NCBI GenBank assembly: GCA_946965045.2
Contig: OX337229.1
Location: 1,550,001-1,614,000, forward strand
DNA length: 64,000 nucleotides
Reading direction: 5' to 3'
Source of the DNA: Epithemia pelagica
Taxonomy: Eukaryota > Protista > Bacillariophyta
Part shown: positions 55,942-64,000 of the stretch, piece by piece
Numbering within the stretch: position 1 is the stretch's first letter
How the letters are laid out: the number at the start of each line of letters is the position of its first letter
The notes under the pieces: generated by a model
What the model saw: only the letters and a program-made list of their open reading frames with translations
The model's database searches: none
Told to the model about the DNA's origin: nothing
Translations under genes and position numbers: made by a program

Positions 55942-56970
55942 TTTCACGACGATTGCTCTATGATTTAGTATGAAAATGAAACTACACAATACATGATTAG
56001 GTAAGACCAATACATAGTTCTATTTGAAGTTACATCCATACAGTTCGAACTACAAGTATATCTACATAGTCAATTTCTTGATTGTCATATTGAAATTGAC
56101 ATAGGCAAAAAGGTGGCCCACCAAAGTAATACCAAGAGTGTCGCCAAGTCAAACGATCAAGGGGTCGTCCAGCAAGTTCCGTCCTATTCCACCACACGGG
56201 CATGAATGAAGACGAACGCAATATACTCTTTGAAAAATTCTCGATGTGTTGGCGCAAAAATATTTTCAAGAAAATCAGGATACCAAGCAAATGATATTGG
56301 CTGCCGAATTGGCGCTTGTCTCCTCCTCCAACAAGGCACCACAACCACAACAACAAGCACCACAACCGACACAACGACGTCCAAGTCACCAAGAAGCACC
56401 ACAGCCGCAACAACGACCACGACAACATCAACGACAAGAGTCGTTTGATGACACCACAGCCGTCTTGTCTGCGGCAAGAAGTGCCACAGAAACCCATCAA
56501 GAACTGTTAGAATTCTCACCGTCTATGGTGGTTAGATTCTACATCTCATCGATTCCCCATGTCACATAGCCTCGTGCTATCGCATCATGCCATCTAGCTT
56601 CGAGCTATGTTCCCTAGCTTCGCGCTATATCGACCTATATTTCTTCGCAAATCATGAAAAGTGAGAATAGATTGACGAACTCACTCTCAAGACTAAACTG
56701 GGTCGTGCGGTATTACAACGGACGTAAATTTGGCCGTTGCTCGGACATTATACTAACGCCCTAAGCGTACGCGCCCGAAATCATCGAGCGCGCCCAAGCG
56801 ACATCCGAGCGCTGTCGGCATCTATCCGACCCAACGGTCTAAGTATCCCAAGCACGACACACGATCACGCGAGACCATATTTCCATTCCCACAATCTCCA
56901 AATTGTCAACAAGCTGCGCGCCATGAAAACAACTATGCCAACCCAAAGCAAGAGCTGTTGACCCTGTATA

Positions 56971-57287
56971 TGTTATCCGTCCACATATACATGTCATATA
57001 CATCACATGAATCGACTCCAACTATTCCAAACCTGTTGCCGCCAAGAACCTATGACACATGACCCTTGGCAGGACCGAACATTTCACGTAGACCTATCGT
57101 AGTAATCAACACACAATCTAACAATATCACCATTTATCACATCTTCTTTTGTGTCCCGACTATCCTTCTGATAGACTTCGACTTGCTTGCTTCTCTGACC
57201 CTGAGAAGCTTGTATCGGTTGGTGACCTACCTGATTGTCTGCTCTACCGAGCATCAATGCCTCTGCAATTCCAAGAGAATTGTAACA
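56971..57287 (+). repeat. Putative 5' LTR of element 2 (~317 bp)
   Basis: Right end fixed by CA followed by the PBS; left end inferred from the 5-bp inverted match TGTTA/TAACA. Confidence 0.55.
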
Positions 57288-57302
57288 GATTAACAGTCTC
57301 AA
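57288..57302 (+). other. Primer-binding site of element 2
   Basis: GATTAACAGTCTCAA, identical to 33297-33311. Confidence 0.85.
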
Positions 57303-57323
57303 AGCTTATTTCCTTGTGGTTTC

Positions 57324-58103
57324 ATGGATACTAACGAGCTTATCACTCCTGTACGACAGATCTATCGAGCCAACCTGCATCCCGGGCAGCCCGATACCCT
57401 GGTGCAGCAGGAACTGGTGCCGACGCCGAAGGCAGCCAACACATCGGTCAACATCTCCGTCGACAGTTCCAACAGCAACCCATTCGAGACTCCAACCCAG
57501 CCTCACGCTCCGATCCCTGCGCCGTTGCTTCGGCCCCCGAGTCCGCCTCGTCGGCTCGTCCCTTCTCGATCCCGTCGTACCACCCGGTTGATTGCTGATC
57601 ATATCAAGTACTTCTGTCAACCAACTTGTTCGACCTTCGATCCCGAGATCATCCGTGGGGAGACCCAGATCGAACGCCAGTTCCAATCGGTGACCCACAT
57701 CGTCGACCAAGAAGACATTGACCGTCTGAACGACCAACTTCATCGTTCTCCGAGGCGTCGCCTCATCTTGACCGCCCTCTCGGGCAACCCCATCCGTACT
57801 GTCCACCTCCGCTTCCTAACCTTCGAGCGCCCAACTGGATACTACAATACCATCTACGTCGTGAACGCGACGACTTGCCCTCTGCCTCCTAACGTTGTAC
57901 GCCTAGATAACTACGTTGCCTACATCCACGAGGTCCATACCATCGAGGACCATCGTGCAACTATCTTCCCTTTGCGTACCGAGGTCGAGAACCACTTGGC
58001 TGAAGGTGATACCCCTTCTTCTGTTGCTTGTGCTGCCCCATCTGAGCCTGGAAACGACTCTGATTATTCGGAAGAGAGTGGGGATTTGGAGACCGAAGCT
58101 TAA
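57324..58103 (+). CDS. Extra ORF upstream of gag in element 2 (259 aa, unknown function)
   Basis: Sense-strand open frame starting 21 nt after the PBS; Pro-rich linker, hydrophobic core, acidic tail. Confidence 0.62.
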   Translation: MDTNELITPVRQIYRANLHPGQPDTLVQQELVPTPKAANTSVNISVDSSNSNPFETPTQPHAPIPAPLLRPPSPPRRLVPSRSRRTTRLIADHIKYFCQPTCSTFDPEIIRGETQIERQFQSVTHIVDQEDIDRLNDQLHRSPRRRLILTALSGNPIRTVHLRFLTFERPTGYYNTIYVVNATTCPLPPNVVRLDNYVAYIHEVHTIEDHRATIFPLRTEVENHLAEGDTPSSVACAAPSEPGNDSDYSEESGDLETEA

Positions 58104-58423
58104 TTACTCATAGTTAACTCCCGTCCTCTCAAAACCTTTCCAAGACTTAAACTCAACGCACATCCGGGTACCCTTGGTCGCACAACACGCCACACATTCC
58201 CGTCCAATCGCGAAAATTCGGCGAAAATTTGTTGAAACTCGGCGAAAATTTGTCGGAATCAATGGAAATTTCCAGGAGTCGCACATCACAACACACATCC
58301 GGGTATCACATACGTGGTACATACGTGGCACACGTGGTACATCCGGGTTCACATCACATCACACATTAAATAAACCACATCACACCGCACATTAAATAAA
58401 CATCGAACCAACCAAATAACACC

Positions 58424-61400
58424 ATGGATCCTCAATCACCCAAGGCACCTACGACTCCTAAGGGAGAAGATAACCAAGACAATGTCTCGAACACAGACCT
58501 ATTCGACCACATCATATTTACTGTCTGCCAATTCTTTACCAAAGAAAGGGCCGATTACTTAATGAAGTGGATGAAATACCATGGTTTTGAGAACATTACC
58601 CATGTTATCTCGTATATGCAAACTAATACCGAGGAATCCATGAACGAACTGACCCAATACAAGGTCAACAAACAGACACATGATCTACAAGGCCCCACAA
58701 GACAGCAGATCAAGCTCTTGGCTTATTGGGCCATATACAAGACCAACGAAATTCAAGACGAGCTATCCAATAGCGACTGGATGAACCTAACGAGGAAAGA
58801 GTTCAACACTTGGAGGATCAACACAGATTTCTCTAAGGGACCACCTAGCCAAGTTCCAGTCTCGCCAATGAAGTCACCGTCATCTGTGAAATCTGTCAGC
58901 ACAGTTACTGCCGCATCCCAATCTCAACAAGACCTTACAGCATTCAGAAAGGGAACTAAGCGCGACGCAACTGCATATGAGGTATTCAAGGATGAACGAT
59001 ACTACGATTCATTCTGGCGTGTATTCAAGACTACAGCTAAGGCTCAAGGCCTATCCAACGTTCTGAATTTCAAATACACACCACCCCATGATGATGAGTA
59101 TGCCGAAGAACTTTTTCAAGAGCAACAAGTATTTCTTTACTCCGTTCTTGTCCGTATCATTCAGACTGACCAAGGTCGAGCCTATGTACGTGAACATGAA
59201 CATGATGAAGATGCGCGTGCTGTATTGCAGAAATTACACTCTTTGCATACCGAATCCGACCTAGCAAAACGAGAAGTCCTCCGTTTAACCAACTACATTT
59301 CCAATCTACGTCTTGACGACACATGGCGCGGAACAACACGTCAATTTCTTCTACACTTTCAAGAGCAGCTACGTTTGCTAGACAATCTAGTGACATTGTC
59401 TGATCGCATCCCTGATCATACCAGGATGACCTTCCTCATGCAAGCTGTAGAAAAGGTACCTGATCTCCGCCGAGTCAAGATCTTGGATAATGTGGTGAAC
59501 ACCAAATCCGGTGCAAAATCCCTTTGCTATCAATCATACTTCCGTCTCCTTCTAGACGCAGCTTATGACCATGATCAAGCAACCCAGTCATCTGTTCATA
59601 GTCGCCGTTGACATGTCAAACAACATGAATCACTATATGGCCAAGATACAGATGCTGACATAACCTCACAAGATGATATGGAGTATCATGTCCACAACAC
59701 CAAAGCGACATCTGAATCTTCATCCTCTTCGTCCAAGGTTAGTCTACCGCGTGACCTATGGTTCAAACTTTCTGAAGAAGATCGCAAGTTGATCATTGAG
59801 TATAACAAGATGATTCAAGCACCTTCATCAACAACACCGAGGAAAGTGCAAACACATGCCCTCGACATTGATCCGGAACCTGATCCTGACCCCAACCAAG
59901 TTGCATCTGATGACGACTCACCTGACGTAGTCCCTGAGCATCCAGATGATTCAGATCCGGTTACACAATTTATCAACCAAGCCATGACGACTGATATCAA
60001 TCACCCGGCAACTGACCTGACTAGTGTTCTTTCTAACGCCAAGTCCAAGACAAGCAAGAAGGTTACTTTCAAAGCCAACATGCATAAACAAGCAGGACAT
60101 GTTCCACGCTATTTGTTTTCCAGGAAATCTACTTTACCAGGAAATCAATTGATTGACCGTGGTGCTAATGGAGGACTTGCTGGTTCTGACATGCGCATCC
60201 TTTCTAAGACTGGCCGCCATATCACTATTGTGGGTATTGATAACCATGAACTTACTGGACTTCCTGTCGTCACATGTGCCGCAAAGTTTGAGACCAATGA
60301 TGGACCTATTGTCGGCATCTTCAATGAATATGCTTATTATGGAAAGGGCTTATCTATCCATGCTCCTGGTCAATTCGAGCATTTCGGACTTGCTGTTGAT
60401 GAACGATCTGTTAAAGTTGATGGTAAACAACGCATCACTACACTTGATGGTCGTGCTATACCCCTTCACATCAAGGATGGGTTAGCCTACATCCACTCCT
60501 TGGGTATCCCCAGCGACGATGACATGAATACCTTACCTCAGATCATCTTCACGTCACCCGACACATGGGATCCTGGTGTTCTGGACCATTCGTATTCTCC
60601 CACATCCTCTGACAATGATCCTGATTGGAAACACGTCAAGACTGATGGTAGTATGTCAAACCATCCATATGACAACTATGGGGAGTACACTGATCGTGTT
60701 GTTTGTAACCTCAATCTCCTTTTGGATCTCCCATACGATCATGGACCTGACGACGCACCCTTCTTTTCTATCTATGCTGACGCAGAAGGTAATGATCCTA
60801 CACTTCATGCCTCTGTCCACCGTCGTTACCAGGAAGCGTATGACTGGAAGAAGTTCCGTCCATTCTTTGGTTGGCAATCTGAAGATGTTATTGCCGATAC
60901 GTTCAAGCACACTACACGTAATGGTAGCATTACTTTTGACCACGACACCCTCAAGAAACATTTCAAGGCTCGCAATCCGGTCCTTAATATACCTCGACGT
61001 CATGAACCCGTTGCTACTGACTCGGTTTTCTCCGACACCCCTGCTGTTGACCATGGCGGTAAAGTCGCACAAATCTTTGTTGGTCGAGATACTCTGGTTA
61101 CTGATATCTATGGGATCAAGTCAACCAAACAGTTTGTCAATACTCTTCAGGACAACATCCGGTTTCGTGGTGCCATGGAGACTCTTATCAGTGATGGTGG
61201 TTCATCTCTCATCTCTCAAAAGGTCAAAGACATTCTTCGCACTTTGCTTATTGGGGAGTATCGATCCGAACCTTATCATCAACACCAGAATAAGGCTGAA
61301 AACCGTTACCAGACCGTCAAACGTATGACCAACGCTCTCATGAATGCCACTGGTTGCCCTGCCAACACCTGGCTTCTTTGCCTTAAGTATGTCTGTGACT

Positions 61401-64000
61401 TATTGAACCATACATCATCACCCACCCATTCCGGTCGCACTCCTCTTGAGGCTCTCTCCGGACGCCCACCCGACATAACTCATCTCTTGTTCTTTCCTTT
61501 CTGGGATGAGGTTTACTACCGTGTCGACCCCGCTGAACCCAATTCCGGTTCATATCCATCTTCTTCTGATGAGAAACTTGGCCACTGGGTTGGTTTTGCT
61601 CACAACGTTGGTGATTCTTTTACTTGGAAGATTCTCACCCAGGATAACCAGATAATCTACCGTTCTGCCGTTCGCCGTGTTGAATCCACTACACCTAACC
61701 TACGTGTGGATTGACCTTCAGGGGAGGATTCGTCTGAGAAGGATGACAATGATAAGCAAGCTGACACCGTCTTCATTTGCAGTGATAGTGAAGATCCATC
61801 CAAACCAATGCCCACGATTGATTTTGACGACATGATAGGACGCACATTCCTATGCGACACAGAAGAAAATGGGGAGCGACACCGTGCACGTGTCATCAAA
61901 CGAGTCATTGATCTTAATGAAGAAGCAACGAAACAGGAAGAACGTGTCAAGTATATCTACCGAAAGACAAATTCTGATGTTGATGAGATGATATCCTATA
62001 ATCAACTCATGGAGTATATCGAACGAGATAACCAAGCTCAAACCTCTGGAGATAATCTTTTCAGGTTCAGGGACGTCATTGCCCATCAAGGCCCACTGAA
62101 CACAACTGATCCAGATTACAAGGGGAGCAAATATAATTTGCTTGTCGATTGGGAAACTGGGGAGACTACCTATGAACCTTTATCACTCATCGCCAATGAT
62201 GATCCGATCACTGTAGCAATTTATGGAAAGAAACATGGTTTACTCAACGAACCTGGATGGAAGCATTTGAAACGTTATGTCAAAACAAGCAAACGTCTCA
62301 TTCGAGCAGCCAAACAGTCAAGGATTAAACAAGTTCACCATTCCGTCAAGTATAAGTTTGGATTCTAAGTACCACGCAATTATGAGGAAGCTGTCGCTCT
62401 TGATAAACAACATGGCAACACAAAGTGGCAGGATGCAACAGAATTAGAATTGTCACAGATCCAGTCCTACAAGACATTCAAGGATTTTGGGAAAGCCATC
62501 TTCATTAAAGGGAAAGTATCCAATGCACCTGAAGGATATCATAAGATACGTGTACATCTTGTCTTTGACGTAAAACATGATGGACGACATAAAGCAAGAC
62601 TTGTCGCAGATGGACATCTCACAAAAGAACCTGTTGAGACAATCTATTCAGGTGTTGTTTCCATTCGCAACCTCCGCATTGCCTTATTCCTGGGTACTTT
62701 GAATGACTTGGAAATATGGGGAGCAGATATTGGAAACGCATACCTGGAAGCCTTGACAGGGGAGAAAATTTTCATTGTCGCAGGACCTGAATTCAAGGAA
62801 TTAGAAGGTCACATCCTGATTATATACAAGGCACTTTATGGATTGAAGTCATAAGGCGCACGCTGGCATGATGTCTTATTTGATGTTTTGACAGACATGG
62901 GATTTTCACCAAGCAAAGCAGATCCGGATATCTGGATGAGGAAAGCACCTGGAGAAGACTGTTACGAATACATTGCCGTATACGTTGATGACTTAGCCAT
63001 TATTTCTACTGATCCTGGGAATATCTGCAAGATCCTGAAGGAGAAATACAACTTCAAACTCAAAGGAGATGGACCTATTGATTTCCACTTGGGATGTTGT
63101 TACACCAAGGATTCTGATGGAACATTAGTAGCAGATCCAAGACGCTACATTGGTAAGATGATGGACACTTTCGAACGAATCTTCAAGGAGAAACCCAAGA
63201 AAGCCAAAACACCTCTTATTGGTGGAGACCATCCTGAATTGGATGATTCTGAGCTGCTTGATGAAGAAGGTACTAGCCATTTCCAAACTCTGATTGGACA
63301 ACTCCAATGGGTGATCACTATTGGTCGTTTCGACGTCTTCACCGCTACAATGACGCTATCACGCTTTCGTGCTGCTCCGAGGAAAGGACATCTTGATAGA
63401 GCCAAGCGTATCTATGGATACCTTGCACATCTCCCAGAAGGCGCAATCAGATTTAGGATTGGAGAGCCTGATTATTCAAGTCTTCCTACCCAAGAATTTG
63501 ATTGGACTCGCACTGTCTATTCAAATGCAAGTGAACGTATTCCTGAAGACTGCCCAACACCTCTTGGCCGCTATGTTACCACAACTCATTATGTTGATGC
63601 CAATCTCATGCATGACATAGTCACTGGTAAATCCGTCACTGCTGTTCTACATTTGTTGAACGGAACACCTATTGACTGGTACAGCAAGAGACAGAGCACG
63701 GTGGAAACTGCTACCTATGGATCCAAGTTTGTGGCTGCAAGGACAGCAATAGATCAGATTACAGAATTACGACATTCTCTCCGCTACCTTGGAGTACCTA
63801 TCCGAGAGCGAAGTTACATGTACGGAGATAACAGATCTGTTGTGCTCAATGCAACCGTTCCTCATTCCATACTATCCAAGAGACACCATCTTCTGTCATA
63901 CCACCGAGTTCGTGAAGCCATCGCAGCAAAGTATGTTGCATTCTACTGGAAAGATGGAAAGACCAACCCTGCCGATATCCTTAGCAAACATTGGGATTTT
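58424..64000 (+). pseudogene. Copia gag-pol with four in-frame stops and no frameshifts
   Basis: One reading frame throughout, with stops at 59609, 61712, 62366 and 62852. Motifs LIDRGANGG, DSVFSD, AENRY, KARLVADG, YVDD, DANL and ADILSK. Confidence 0.93.

Larger units (their letters stand above)
56971..64000 (+). mobile_element. Second Ty1/Copia element (CoDi type), inactivated, 3' end beyond the window
   Basis: LTR end TTGTAACA (57287), shared PBS, extra ORF, and gag-pol collinear with element 1. The left boundary is inferred from TGTTA at 56971 and cannot be confirmed without the 3' LTR. Confidence 0.9.

Noticed and set aside
56184-56569. (ACA/CAA)-rich ORFs as a mucin-like gene
   Set aside because: All frames are open only because of the simple repeat; no supported start or exon structure.
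49850-56960. TTAA-flanked terminal inverted repeats for the piggyBac-like gene
   Set aside because: No matching inverted ends were found by eye. The hairpins near 49860 and 56716 do not pair with each other, so element boundaries are left undefined.
59609-59611. TGA-C at the end of gag in element 2 as a programmed gag-pol readthrough
   Set aside because: Element 1 is open at the homologous position, and three more stops interrupt conserved pol regions, so mutation is the simpler explanation.
1-64000. Whole window as bacterial or viral DNA (HI0933, SpoU, DprA-like and MCP-like sequences)
   Set aside because: Spliceosomal introns, RRP36/HCCS/CLC-CBS genes, organelle presequences and LTR elements show a eukaryotic nuclear locus; only the MCP fragment looks recently foreign.

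Overview
This is eukaryotic nuclear DNA, most likely from a pennate diatom. The evidence is compact genes with short GT-AG introns, signal-peptide/plastid-type presequences and diatom-type Copia elements. 1-27 kb and 41-50 kb are gene-dense: three paralogous signal-peptide tandem-SET proteins, an Na+/H+ exchanger, RRP36, an HI0933-type flavoprotein, a DUF676 lipase, a GST-like protein, holocytochrome c synthase, a DprA/Smf-like protein, GIG1/DUF3605, an SGNH-like protein, a SpoU methyltransferase, a CLC transporter, a DUF6816-like protein and MRI1. 27-41 kb and 50-64 kb are accessory. They contain a decayed bacterial chemoreceptor (MCP) fragment, a Copia relic, an orphan P-loop ORF, an intact very young Ty1/Copia (32774-40492; LTRs identical by eye; TAGGT target-site duplication; non-canonical TC..CA ends), an intron-containing piggyBac-like transposase with a duplicated stand-alone C-terminal Cys-rich domain, and a second, stop-disrupted Copia with an extra upstream ORF that runs off the window end. 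The top signal is that two divergent Copia elements with unrelated LTRs share the primer-binding site GATTAACAGTCTCAA. It is complementary to the anticodon arm of a tRNA-Asn(GUU) in the same register that Drosophila copia/Ty5 use for half-tRNAiMet priming, which suggests half-tRNA-Asn priming. Both elements also carry Tudor-like and chromodomain-like modules after the integrase core. All family assignments come from motif recognition by eye; no searches were run.
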